Assembly: GCA_051013385.1 (NCBI GenBank)
Contig: CP143273.1
Coordinates: 1,120,001 to 1,184,000, forward strand
Direction of reading: 5' to 3'
DNA from: Phormidium sp.
GTDB taxonomy: Bacteria > Cyanobacteriota > Cyanobacteriia > Cyanobacteriales > Aerosakkonemataceae
Length of the DNA stretch: 64,000 bases
Positions 20,973 through 30,433 of this stretch are shown here, piece after piece. The notes under the pieces were generated by a model. That model did no database searches and was not told the DNA's origin. It saw only the letters and a list, made by a program, of their open reading frames with translations. The position numbers and the translations under genes are program-made. How positions within the stretch are numbered: the first letter of the stretch is position 1; every line of letters starts with the position of its first letter.

Positions 20973-21365
20973 TCAGTTGCGGTGAGTTCGTTTGGTCTTC
21001 GCAGTAAATAGGTGTTGTTCTCTGTGCTTCGCGCATTGTTCAATGAGTCCATGCTGGAGAGCTTTTTGTGAGAGATTAGCAATCCGGGAATGGATATGGG
21101 TAGTAATTACCTTGCGTTGTTGTTTCATGGATTCTGATGGGTAGTATAACCGACGATTACGGTTATTAATTTCTTGAAGGCAGCTCACTACAAAACCTTT
21201 ATTCTTCAAGACTTTGATTGTGGATGAAACCTCTGATTCAGCTTGACATTTACCAAAAATATCTGCCAGGGAATCAGCGATTTCTTGAAGAGAAATACCA
21301 GGGGATTCAATAATTAATGAAAGTGTCATTAATTGATTTTCCGTTAGTTTTGTTGATTTGTACAT
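20973..21365 (-). CDS. Winged-helix (PadR/MarR-like) DNA-binding protein
   Basis: LSLIIESPGISLQEIA...IKVLKNKGFV...RRLYY. Confidence 0.6.
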   Translation of the reverse strand: MYKSTKLTENQLMTLSLIIESPGISLQEIADSLADIFGKCQAESEVSSTIKVLKNKGFVVSCLQEINNRNRRLYYPSESMKQQRKVITTHIHSRIANLSQKALQHGLIEQCAKHREQHLFTAKTKRTHRN

Positions 21366-21672
21366 AGCGAGATGATTCTCTATGTTGGCGAGATAATTGA
21401 TTAAAGAAACTGCGAATATCGCTGATTCGGAGGTTTTTGAAGTTGGTTGAACCGATCGCTATTTGATGCCAAATCCATAAGTTGTAGAAATGTACACACA
21501 GATAAAATCCGTAATCAGGTAAGATTTTAGCAGGACATTGAATGCCAGTTAAAAAGGGTTGAAATTCTTTAACTGGTTTACCGATATCTTTGTCACCTTT
21601 GTTAATCAACCAAAAATCTGCTTGCTTGAAATTGTTTTTCACAACCCAGTTAAATAAAGATTTGTTTTCCAT
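21307..21672 (-). CDS. Phage-type hypothetical protein
   Basis: 121 aa, ADFWLINKG..IGKPVKEF; preceded by the conserved motif. Confidence 0.65.
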   Translation of the reverse strand: MENKSLFNWVVKNNFKQADFWLINKGDKDIGKPVKEFQPFLTGIQCPAKILPDYGFYLCVHFYNLWIWHQIAIGSTNFKNLRISDIRSFFNQLSRQHRESSRYVQINKTNGKSINDTFINY

Positions 21673-21700
21673 TTGCTTTCGGGGAATAAACCAAACCCCG

Positions 21701-21716
21701 AAAGCGAAAGCATTAG
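21701..21716 (-). promoter_or_regulatory. Conserved pre-gene motif, copy 4
   Basis: AAAGCGAAAGCATTAG; core 32 nt from ATG 21672. Confidence 0.7.
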
Positions 21717-22225
21717 AACAAACTTAATTGTTCAGCGGGCTCAATTAGTTTGAATTGATGGGATTGCGGATTATAAATGACGACGGGGCGATAACTCGCT
21801 TTCGCCATATCGACAGTTAATTTAGTTCCCCCATCATTGCGACCATCGTAAACAGCTAAACAAAGTGACGAACGCTTAATCATGTACAGATTTCGTGCTT
21901 GCATAACACCATGAGAATATTTGGGATAAAGCACAATTTTCTTGGATGCAAAGCTGAGTAATTGGTTGTATTGACGTTGTTGCGATCGCTTCCAAAGTTC
22001 GGATTGGTCAGCACAAGGAATCACCGCAGTCCATTTAAGTTTTCTCTTGATGAGAAGCTTGGCAAATAATTGATCTGCTCCCAGTGCCATACCGACTAAA
22101 AACTCAGTTGTTTTCTGCTCTAAAGCTAAGTCAATCAAATTGTTTATGCCTTTATACCATTGAGTTGTAAAATCAGCTAAGTAGCGATGTCCAGTGAATG
22201 TAGTTATCATTGAAGTTACTCCCAA
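21713..22225 (-). CDS. SLOG family protein (YspA/DUF1273-like)
   Basis: TFTGHR, GMALGADQ, RNLYMI and AVYDG..GGT motifs; ends in QLSLF. The true start is probably the ATG at about 22210. Confidence 0.85.
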   Translation of the reverse strand: MGVTSMITTFTGHRYLADFTTQWYKGINNLIDLALEQKTTEFLVGMALGADQLFAKLLIKRKLKWTAVIPCADQSELWKRSQQRQYNQLLSFASKKIVLYPKYSHGVMQARNLYMIKRSSLCLAVYDGRNDGGTKLTVDMAKASYRPVVIYNPQSHQFKLIEPAEQLSLF

Positions 22226-22275
22226 GTAATGAGTAGAGTAGGAGATTCGTTGGGTCGCTCCTACTCTGTTTTTAA

Positions 22276-22458
22276 TTAGAATTCGTCAGTTGACTTGCTA
22301 AAGAATTGTTGAAGTTGTTGCCATTCCTCAGACGTTACCAAAGTAAATGGCTTGTCAATAATGTCATTGATGTATTTTGGATATTGCGGTTCAACTTCAT
22401 CAATTTCCGGTTCGGTTTCGTACTCGGTGTAATGGTCAATCGTTTGTTTATAAATCAT
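22276..22458 (-). CDS. Small acidic hypothetical protein
   Basis: 60 aa, with the conserved motif upstream and a hairpin downstream. Confidence 0.65.
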   Translation of the reverse strand: MIYKQTIDHYTEYETEPEIDEVEPQYPKYINDIIDKPFTLVTSEEWQQLQQFFSKSTDEF

Positions 22459-22484
22459 TGGAAAATCCTCAAAAAACCAACTTC

Positions 22485-22501
22485 AAAAAGCGAAGCATTA
22501 G
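22485..22501 (-). promoter_or_regulatory. Conserved pre-gene motif, copy 5
   Basis: AAAAAGCGAAGCATTAG; core 32 nt from ATG 22458; adjacent hairpin at 22509-22532. Confidence 0.7.
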
Positions 22502-22755
22502 ATAAAAAAAACCTGGATTTCTCCAAGGTTTTCTGCTCAAAAGTTTAATGTCTTATAAACTTTTTGTAGCTATTATCGATCGCTTCTTGCTTTTTAGCAA
22601 AGCCAAGATGTTTCTCAGCTTCTTCACCTGTTTTTCTGCCATCAGATAGCAACAACATCAACTAAACTTGAACTCATCAATCCCATTTCGCGTAGCGTGT
22701 GAGGCTAAAAAAATAAACCCAAATCTTTTTAGATTCAGGTTTATTTTAGCGGCTA

Positions 22756-22965
22756 TCAAGAAATTCCTAAGATTTCTTTGACGCGATCAATTCCCATCCA
22801 TTCAGCTTCATCTAAACTGGGAATATTGGAATCGTCTGCTATTACTTGATTTCTGTCAGTATTAATGACATAGTAACAATATTCAGTTTCTCTTCTCAAA
22901 TCAATTTCAATCACAAGAGAAGAACTAAATTCAATTTGTTTAACTACCATAGCAGCCATCCTCAA
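22756..22965 (-). CDS. Small hypothetical protein
   Basis: 69-aa ORF followed by a hairpin at about 22712-22746. Confidence 0.55.
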   Translation of the reverse strand: MRMAAMVVKQIEFSSSLVIEIDLRRETEYCYYVINTDRNQVIADDSNIPSLDEAEWMGIDRVKEILGIS

Positions 22966-23142
22966 AACACATCAATCCCATATCGCGTAGCGTCCAGATT
23001 TATCACTATTCAAGTTCTTTATCCCAAAATAAAAACCCCAACTATTGCAGTTGAGGTTAATTGAACTAAACTGACTTTTTGAATTGATATGGCAAAAACT
23101 CACAGCGATCGCCATTCATCTTCAATTCTGTTATTTAAACCT

Positions 23143-23493
23143 TTACTGTGGCAAAACTTCAGAACTTATTACATAGAGAAATTGACCAACAAACACAGTA
23201 ATTTCACCAAATGACAGATTTACTCGTTCTATAGGTTCAGCAATTCCGTCATCAATGATTCCAATATCAACAATTTTCTTACCTGTCTCACCATCAGCCC
23301 AAGTTACAGTTACCGTTGAATGTTTGTAATCTTTACCTAATGTGGCCCGTCCAGATTTTGTGCTAGAAGCTAATTTTATTTGGGCTGTAACTACACCAAT
23401 TCCCAATCCATTTCGCATTAATGTTACAGGAAATTTACTTTGCCCAAGTTCGGCAACTTCAAAGGTTTCTCTTGTGAAACTAATTAGATCCAT
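23143..23493 (-). CDS. Calx-beta domain protein (single domain)
   Basis: ISF...VTLMR...ATLGKDY...VTWADGET.K...IIDD..AEPIERVNL. Confidence 0.75.
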   Translation of the reverse strand: MDLISFTRETFEVAELGQSKFPVTLMRNGLGIGVVTAQIKLASSTKSGRATLGKDYKHSTVTVTWADGETGKKIVDIGIIDDGIAEPIERVNLSFGEITVFVGQFLYVISSEVLPQ

Positions 23494-23575
23494 TACGTTT
23501 TTTTGAATTCGATTAAACTATTATAAATCTTTAATAAATTTAGGTATAATCAACTCAGTTATTCGGCAAATAAAT

Positions 23576-24481
23576 ATGGATAAAATAAGTTTTGCTTCCG
23601 AAACATTTGAACTGCACGAAAGCGGAAAAATAACTTATCCTGTAACCTTAATTCGAGAAGGTGACGGGATAGGTGCGGTAACAGCAGAAATCAAATTAAC
23701 TTCTAGTACGCGAATCGGTCGAGCCACGGTATCGAAAGACTATGAATTGCCATCGGTTACAGTTAGTTGGGGAGATGGGGATAAAGAGCCAAAAATAGCC
23801 GATTTAAAAATCATTCAGGATCGAGATGATATTGAAGGTATAGAAAGAATTAATCTATCCTTTGGCACAATTACAAATGGCGTGAAGGGATCGATTACAA
23901 CAGCGATCGCCATCATCCAAACAAGTAGTGAAGAAACCTTAACTTCGATACCTGCTCATCAATGGGTAGGAACATCACTCTCTATACAAAACCCTGATTC
24001 TAGTTGGGGAGAATTAGTCAACCTCAAAGGTGATAAAGGCGATAAAGGCGATAAAGGCGATAAAGGCGATCGAGGCGATCGAGGCGATAGTGGTAGTGGT
24101 AGTGGTGTCAGTGGGAGTGAAAAAATCTTATTTGCAGAAACCACCCTATTACCATTAACGTCGGGGTTCTTAGATTTGGAAAATCCTTTGTTAACAATTC
24201 ACAGGATTTCTGTGTCAAGTCCCGCCAGAATTAGAGGATATCTATCAACCGAATCTAGGGAATCAGATAGTGGTAGACCAACATACCTATTACCAGTGAA
24301 TAGTGAATACAACAACCCAGGTATTCTATTTGATTTGGTGTTAGGAGTTCAGGGAAAATCAGATTTAGATTTCTGCCTTTGTCCACAAGTATTAGCATCA
24401 AAACAAAAACTGTTTCTGAGTATTGAAAACCTCAAAAATAGCCCGGAAAAATTAAATTTAGCAATGGTTGGTCTAGAATAG
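23576..24481 (+). CDS. Calx-beta domain plus collagen-like (GDK)n repeat protein, fibre/adhesin-like
   Basis: N-terminus paralogous to 23143-23493; GDKGDKGDKGDKGDRGDRGD encoded by 9-nt tandem repeats at about 24026-24090. Confidence 0.75.
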   Translation: MDKISFASETFELHESGKITYPVTLIREGDGIGAVTAEIKLTSSTRIGRATVSKDYELPSVTVSWGDGDKEPKIADLKIIQDRDDIEGIERINLSFGTITNGVKGSITTAIAIIQTSSEETLTSIPAHQWVGTSLSIQNPDSSWGELVNLKGDKGDKGDKGDKGDRGDRGDSGSGSGVSGSEKILFAETTLLPLTSGFLDLENPLLTIHRISVSSPARIRGYLSTESRESDSGRPTYLLPVNSEYNNPGILFDLVLGVQGKSDLDFCLCPQVLASKQKLFLSIENLKNSPEKLNLAMVGLE

Positions 24482-24532
24482 TTAAAGCGTATATTTAGAC
24501 CAGAGTTCATTCAAATAAACGTAGGAGAAGAT

Positions 24533-25315
24533 ATGCCAATCCAATTCAAAGAAGAAATAATCGCGGATACTTGGAATGCAGATAAATTTAGATCGGCATT
24601 GGTTTCTCGATTAATTGCGATCGGATTTGCTCAAGTCGGGGGTTCAGGAAATGATTTGATATTTAGCGTCAAAGCTCCTAATAGTTCAACGACCAAAGCT
24701 GAAGCTAACTTGAGGGTGTTAGTTGAACAATCATCAGGGACTAATATCAAAACTCAGATTTGGCAAGGCGATGGAGTTAATGGGAATACTTTGCTTAATC
24801 CAACCAGTGTGATGAGCGATCCACACAACACAACAAATAATATTAGTTATGGAGCAAACGAATCATTTACAGTTAAATTTGTTTCCCTATCATCTCCTGA
24901 AGTAAAAGCAGTTTTATGGCAGCGCAGTGATAACCAATATGGTTTAGGAAATGCCGGATTTATTTTCCCATCTAAAAAAAGTCAATGGTGGCCTGAAACT
25001 TCATTATTTGCATTTGCCTCAGCCAATAGCGATCTGAATGGATTGCGCTGCTTGCCGGGGAATTCTTATGGCCCAGGACACGCAGATTTTTCATTTTTCC
25101 CAGAAGGATTCCCAAACAATGTAAATTTTGGCGGCACTAGGGATTTAATCAAACGCATCATTATCTGCAAAGACGGCGGTGTAGCAGCTGAAACTAGTCC
25201 AGACATTGGTGTTTTAGCCGCAGGTGGAATGGGTCAATTAGCACAACACGAAATTAATGGCGAAGTTTGGGTCAATGTTCGTAATGCTAGATCGATCGCT
25301 TTTAGAATTGCTTAA
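24533..25315 (+). CDS. Hypothetical Gly/Ser/Asn-rich protein, possibly a structural/fibre-associated protein
   Basis: 260 aa with RBS AGGAG; composition only. Confidence 0.6.
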   Translation: MPIQFKEEIIADTWNADKFRSALVSRLIAIGFAQVGGSGNDLIFSVKAPNSSTTKAEANLRVLVEQSSGTNIKTQIWQGDGVNGNTLLNPTSVMSDPHNTTNNISYGANESFTVKFVSLSSPEVKAVLWQRSDNQYGLGNAGFIFPSKKSQWWPETSLFAFASANSDLNGLRCLPGNSYGPGHADFSFFPEGFPNNVNFGGTRDLIKRIIICKDGGVAAETSPDIGVLAAGGMGQLAQHEINGEVWVNVRNARSIAFRIA

Positions 25316-25324
25316 GGATAAATC

Positions 25325-25528
25325 ATGGAATTTCAAACCGAAGTTGTTTTTTCTGGTGTGAACAATACCAAAGCTAGTCCACCTTACGAAAAACCATCAA
25401 ATTACTGGGATAATTGGGATTGCCGTGCCCTGTGGGGTCAACCATTAAGAAAAACCATTGGTTCACCTCCCGGAACTGCCACTGCTACCAGATATCCATA
25501 TCCACACGGACAAATTTATCCCAGGTAG
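25325..25528 (+). CDS. Small hypothetical protein
   Basis: 67 aa, RBS AAGGA, same operon. Confidence 0.55.
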   Translation: MEFQTEVVFSGVNNTKASPPYEKPSNYWDNWDCRALWGQPLRKTIGSPPGTATATRYPYPHGQIYPR

Positions 25529-25613
25529 CCAAGAATTGATACGCGAGTTAATTGGTAATTAATTAAGTTGCCAATTAACTATTTCCATCAGAAGTAAGGG
25601 AACCAGAATAATT

Positions 25614-27002
25614 ATGAGTCAATATGATTATCTCCAAGATAGAATCCAAAACAATGTTTGGTTAGGAAAAGATGTCTTAAACATTTCCAATCAAGTATTT
25701 TCGGTAATTAATAGCCCTAGAGATTGGTTCTATAACTTACCACCAATCAAATTTATTTTAGAATCTGATAATTCGCCATTATCACAACTGAAAGATTTTT
25801 TGGATGAAGCATCTGATGTACCGGGAATTATTCGAGATTGTGGGTTGATATTTCTAGAAACAGCTTACGGAATTAACAAGGCTTATAATAGCCGAGTTCA
25901 CTACAATGCTCAGAGTGCAGCGGCGGCTCAGGCGATCGCCCTTCTGAGAACAAACGAAAGAGAAATTTCGATTTATAACGGAGCAGTTACCGCACATAAT
26001 GAAGCTTTAAATTTACCAGAATTATCCAAAAAAGCTAACGAGATAGCATCCTCAATGGCAACAGTCGGACAAATCGCTAATACTGGAAGTCAGCAAATTC
26101 TGGAATGGCATCAAAAAGCGCTGAGGAAAATGAATAAAACTAAAGAAGAATTAGATAAAAAAATTGCTGAACTAACCACCAAAGTTGAACGGAAAGTTGA
26201 TGGTGCTAAAAAGGAATTGACTAAAGTTAAACGGGAATTAAAGAAATTAACTACCATCATTGAATCAATGCTGTCAGGAACTAATAAACAATCAATTCGT
26301 TCTATTAGTTATCAATCTAAATCAGTAGGCGCAATTGTACCAATAGCTGTCGGCGGCTTGGCTACAGTATCCGGGGCAATTAGTGTAGTGAGTTCGATCG
26401 CCACTTTTCTACTATCAGGAATGTTCCTCAAAGCAATTACCGATTTTCCGGCTCAATTACTTGGTGGTTTAGTTCAAGCAACAACCTCAATAGTCCTCAA
26501 ATTCTTTGGTAGTTCAGGAGCATCTGCTGTGAAATATTTAGCGGCGGCTGCTCTGAAAGCGGCGGCTCAAGCTCTGCCAGCTATGTTTGCCAAAACTGGG
26601 ATGTTCGGCGGTGCTTGGACTACACTTGCCGCTTATGCACCATTTATCATCATTTCAGCAATTATCATCATCCTGGCAATTAAATCAACTAATACGGAAG
26701 TTGGCCCAATTCTTTATGTGTTTGGTTGTGGTAACAACGACCAACCTGATATGGTTTTTGCTAGTTCTAGACGAGATATCAAGAAATTTACTATTAAACA
26801 AGTTCTCGTTAATTTAGCGAAAAAGTTAATTAATGAATCTGGGCGGAATTACAGCGAAATCTATGGATTTTCCTTGAATGAATTTGATGTTAAATTAACG
26901 TTGAATTTGGCGGGCGATCGCCAAGATGTAGTGAAATCCGAAGTAGGCAAAGCACTTTTCGCTACTAGATTTGCGCCATTTATCGAGGAATTTGCGTTAT
27001 GA
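25614..27002 (+). CDS. Hypothetical coiled-coil plus multi-hydrophobic-helix membrane protein
   Basis: 462 aa; Lys/Glu coiled coil followed by Gly/Ala-rich hydrophobic segments; ATGA overlap with the polymerase gene. Confidence 0.7.
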   Translation: MSQYDYLQDRIQNNVWLGKDVLNISNQVFSVINSPRDWFYNLPPIKFILESDNSPLSQLKDFLDEASDVPGIIRDCGLIFLETAYGINKAYNSRVHYNAQSAAAAQAIALLRTNEREISIYNGAVTAHNEALNLPELSKKANEIASSMATVGQIANTGSQQILEWHQKALRKMNKTKEELDKKIAELTTKVERKVDGAKKELTKVKRELKKLTTIIESMLSGTNKQSIRSISYQSKSVGAIVPIAVGGLATVSGAISVVSSIATFLLSGMFLKAITDFPAQLLGGLVQATTSIVLKFFGSSGASAVKYLAAAALKAAAQALPAMFAKTGMFGGAWTTLAAYAPFIIISAIIIILAIKSTNTEVGPILYVFGCGNNDQPDMVFASSRRDIKKFTIKQVLVNLAKKLINESGRNYSEIYGFSLNEFDVKLTLNLAGDRQDVVKSEVGKALFATRFAPFIEEFAL

Positions 27003-29692
27003 TGACCGAATTTGAAAACATCCTCATTGTCGAAGATGGCAGCGTGGGACAAATCAAAACATTAAGCGAGTTTTCTGTATTTGATTGTTACGCTAAAAAA
27101 TGGTCAGATAAACCCAAGGTAATCTTTCGGAATATTATGCTTTGTGGTTTGTACCCAAATAAAGATTTCTGTATGGGCGAAATCAGAGATACAGAAAAAG
27201 ATTACCGTCGGTTAAACCCATTTAAACCAGAAGGTGATGATAAACCCTGGTTTTTAGATTTAGCTTCCGGTGCGAGAACTGATGGTAGATTTACATTTGC
27301 TCGTAATACAACGATCGGCAAACTCTATTACGGAGAACCAGATAAAGACCAATGGAAACGCATCATCTACGGTTCCATTATGCACACTGGTTGTAAAAAA
27401 CTTGTCTACAAACAGATGAAATACATCGTTGTTGATGATGAAGCCAAAAACCAGAATGGCAATCCCCAAGATGACCCGACAAATGAATTTCATTGGCGCA
27501 CAGGTGATTCCCATGCCAAGGCAAGCGGTGCATTGATGACACTGCTGGAAATTACCAAGAATGAAAATGGAGAACCGATCGATGGAGAAATACCAATTCA
27601 ATTCAGAGCTTGTTTACCTTCCCGTAACGGTCAACCAGGTTGGGTAGGTAAAGGAACAGTTTCTTATAATCCCCATTGTGATGAAAAAGGCATTGATTTA
27701 GTAATTCCTTTAAGTTCATTGAAAGGTAACAAACCTGAATTAGGTAATTATGAAGGTAAGTTATTGATTGGCACAGTATTTGAAGCTGAAGAACGTCGCA
27801 CTAAACTGGGGTGGATGATTTGGCAATGGTTCGCTTTTAAGACACTTGAAGACGATCGCATTATTTCTAAATTACATGAACGATGCCAAAAACTAAGTGC
27901 AGCTTTTAATTCAATTCAAAACTTAGCCGAAATCTTACAAATTGACCAGAGGGAAGAAGATAAACAAAACCAGGAAACTGGTGAAACAGTGGAAACTGAT
28001 GATTATAAATCTCCAGTTCTGCGAATCATTAAAGCTGATAAAAAAGGTGTGTTGTTATTACATCCTTACGTTATAGAACGAGTCCGAGATGGCATCAAAG
28101 AAATGTGGCTCAATTTAGCTAAATCTTGTGGAGTCAGATTTTATAGTTTGATGGCACAACCCGATGAAAATTTAGCTCATTATCATGTCGTCCAACCAGA
28201 CGGCACTATTGTTGGTCAAAAAGTATTTTGTGCAGGTTCACTACCCGAAGGTGAGTACATCGTATATTGCAATCCCATGAGACATTGGGGTGATATTCAA
28301 CTTTGGGAAAATAAACATGAAGGGATTTACCAAGGTGCGATCGGTACAATGGCTGCACCTAAATTACTTTTACTAAGTTTAGGTCGTGATACCGATGGTG
28401 ATTTTATTCAGTTAATCAAATCAAATAAGTATCCGGGAATTAGGGATGCGATCGCACAATTTGACAAACCCCCAGTGGTAGCTAAACTCCCGAAAGTTGC
28501 CCTAACAGGGAATTTACAACAAATTGCTGTCAATTCAATGACTGATTTAACTGGTGTGGTCGCTTCACTTCTGGGCAGAGCCAGAGCCGCCAATGCTGAA
28601 CAAATTGTGTTGAAGATTCCTCCAGGCGGCGAACAGAAACAAGAAAAAGAAATGCGAATCATTGAGTTTCTGTCTCAGGAACTTCAAATCGCAGTTGATT
28701 CCCTCAAATCTGCTTACCCAAACAACGAACCTGGATTAAAAGCTGTGACTGATTTTTTAAATAGTATCGGAGCCGCTGCACCTTGGCTGAAAGATTTTAA
28801 GGATGAGAGTTGTTACAGAAACCGTCCCTGCGCGGTAGATGAAAATGCCCAAGATACAGTTTCTCGAATTGTAAAGATAGTTAACAGCTATTATCGTGAA
28901 CCTTCATTTGGTGCGCCGATTTCACCTAGAGATTTTCTGAATGTGCTCTTTGATGATGTACCGCATGACCCAGAACAATACCAACACGCTTTATCTGAAC
29001 GTGCCAGGTATCGAGAGGAAATGGCAGCCGCCAGTAACTTAGCGGCTAAACAAGCTGGTGGTGATGCTGGATTAGCTGGTCAACTGCGATCGCAATACAT
29101 GAAGCAAGTTTCAGCTAATTTCCGCAACATTAAAGAAACGATTTTTGAAATCAGTAATGCTAATGAGCAGAAGTATGATCGCTTTTCCTGGGTCAGTGCA
29201 TATTGGAAAGTGGCGCATGAAGCGGAAACTGGTAGTGCAGGTTTAGTGTTTTCTACGTTTGTAGATGAGATAATTGAAAAGCTGGAAAATGCGGAAGATA
29301 GAGACGTGGAAGAAATTGAAGTTTACAATATTCAGAAAACTGCGACTTTTGATTTATGGAAAACTAAACGTTGGACTGGGCAGTTTGTCCAATATAAAGC
29401 AGTTTACGAGCCATTAAAAGTTGACTCGTTTGGTAATCCAGGTATGTTCAAGTTAACGATTCATATCCGCAGCACTAAAGTTGAGATGCCTTTTCATCGA
29501 TTAGGTATCGTTGGTGATAAATATGTTGGCAAAGTTGCTGTTGGTCAAACTGGAGTGATGAGGTTGTGTACGCATCGGACGATCGATGGCATGAATAAAT
29601 CAGCTAAACTTTTTGATGTTGATACAACTTATGAGGAAGCACAAGAAAAATTAGTCACAAATTTCTGGAAAGAGGAATGGCCTGATAGTTAA
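26999..29692 (+). CDS. RdRP/YonO-like single-polypeptide two-barrel RNA polymerase
   Basis: Ordered motifs IQFR...GKG, CNPMRHWGD, LGRDTDGDF and QIAVDSLKS parallel the cellular RdRP motifs FQIR..G.KG, KNPxLHxGD, GxDxDGD and AVDxxK. Confidence 0.75.
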   Translation: MMTEFENILIVEDGSVGQIKTLSEFSVFDCYAKKWSDKPKVIFRNIMLCGLYPNKDFCMGEIRDTEKDYRRLNPFKPEGDDKPWFLDLASGARTDGRFTFARNTTIGKLYYGEPDKDQWKRIIYGSIMHTGCKKLVYKQMKYIVVDDEAKNQNGNPQDDPTNEFHWRTGDSHAKASGALMTLLEITKNENGEPIDGEIPIQFRACLPSRNGQPGWVGKGTVSYNPHCDEKGIDLVIPLSSLKGNKPELGNYEGKLLIGTVFEAEERRTKLGWMIWQWFAFKTLEDDRIISKLHERCQKLSAAFNSIQNLAEILQIDQREEDKQNQETGETVETDDYKSPVLRIIKADKKGVLLLHPYVIERVRDGIKEMWLNLAKSCGVRFYSLMAQPDENLAHYHVVQPDGTIVGQKVFCAGSLPEGEYIVYCNPMRHWGDIQLWENKHEGIYQGAIGTMAAPKLLLLSLGRDTDGDFIQLIKSNKYPGIRDAIAQFDKPPVVAKLPKVALTGNLQQIAVNSMTDLTGVVASLLGRARAANAEQIVLKIPPGGEQKQEKEMRIIEFLSQELQIAVDSLKSAYPNNEPGLKAVTDFLNSIGAAAPWLKDFKDESCYRNRPCAVDENAQDTVSRIVKIVNSYYREPSFGAPISPRDFLNVLFDDVPHDPEQYQHALSERARYREEMAAASNLAAKQAGGDAGLAGQLRSQYMKQVSANFRNIKETIFEISNANEQKYDRFSWVSAYWKVAHEAETGSAGLVFSTFVDEIIEKLENAEDRDVEEIEVYNIQKTATFDLWKTKRWTGQFVQYKAVYEPLKVDSFGNPGMFKLTIHIRSTKVEMPFHRLGIVGDKYVGKVAVGQTGVMRLCTHRTIDGMNKSAKLFDVDTTYEEAQEKLVTNFWKEEWPDS

Positions 29693-29744
29693 TAATTTGC
29701 GGTTTTTAGGTAATAATTAAACTACTGGGTAAGAGGTAAAAATA

Positions 29745-30278
29745 ATGAATCAAATTGAGTACATTCAAAACGCAACTGGATACAATGCTCCCACTATTAC
29801 AGGAGTATTAGATTCCTTTTTCAAGTTTGTTGAAGTTTCCCTACGCCAAGGCAATGAAATCAAGTTAGAAAAGTTTGGCAAGTTTAATTTTAAAGACACT
29901 CCATCTCGGACAGGTCGTAATCCCAGAACAGGTGAAGAAATTGATATTCCGGCTAAACGCCGACCGGACTTTAAATTTTCCAAATCTTTTATAGTTGCTG
30001 TTCAACCAGAAAAATTACTATTAACCACTGCTCAAACCGAATCTGCTAAATTACCACCACCAATTCCCCCGGAATTACTAGCAGAAGCGGTTGGCAATAA
30101 ATCCGAGCCGCCGAACACTTGGTTTATGAGTATTGAAGGGCAATCTATTGAAGTAAATGAATCCGAACTAATCGCAAAAGGCGTAAATCCCAATACACCA
30201 TTATGGAGCTTCAGCAGTGGTTGGAAATTAGCCAAAGATTTACCGGAACTCAATTATTTATTTGCAACTGCTGCTTAG
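29745..30278 (+). CDS. HU/IHF-family DNA-binding protein fused to a Pro-rich linker and a GYF_2-like domain
   Basis: FGKF...RTGRNPRTGEEIDIPAKRRPDFK; C-terminal WFM..EGQ...NTPLW....W..A..LPEL. Confidence 0.85.
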   Translation: MNQIEYIQNATGYNAPTITGVLDSFFKFVEVSLRQGNEIKLEKFGKFNFKDTPSRTGRNPRTGEEIDIPAKRRPDFKFSKSFIVAVQPEKLLLTTAQTESAKLPPPIPPELLAEAVGNKSEPPNTWFMSIEGQSIEVNESELIAKGVNPNTPLWSFSSGWKLAKDLPELNYLFATAA

Positions 30279-30433
30279 TTTATTATCGATCGCCAATCCC
30301 ATTACCTCACCTGCATAAGTATTAGGTGAGGTATTTATTTGGTCTTAACTTTCCACAAAAAAACGGAGCAATTTATGCAAGCTCCGCTAATTGATGTGAA
30401 CTTCGTCGAAAAGAGAACACTGACCCAATAATT

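Noticed and set aside
23143..30278. Complete prophage
   Set aside because: No recognisable terminase, portal, capsid or lysis genes in the window.
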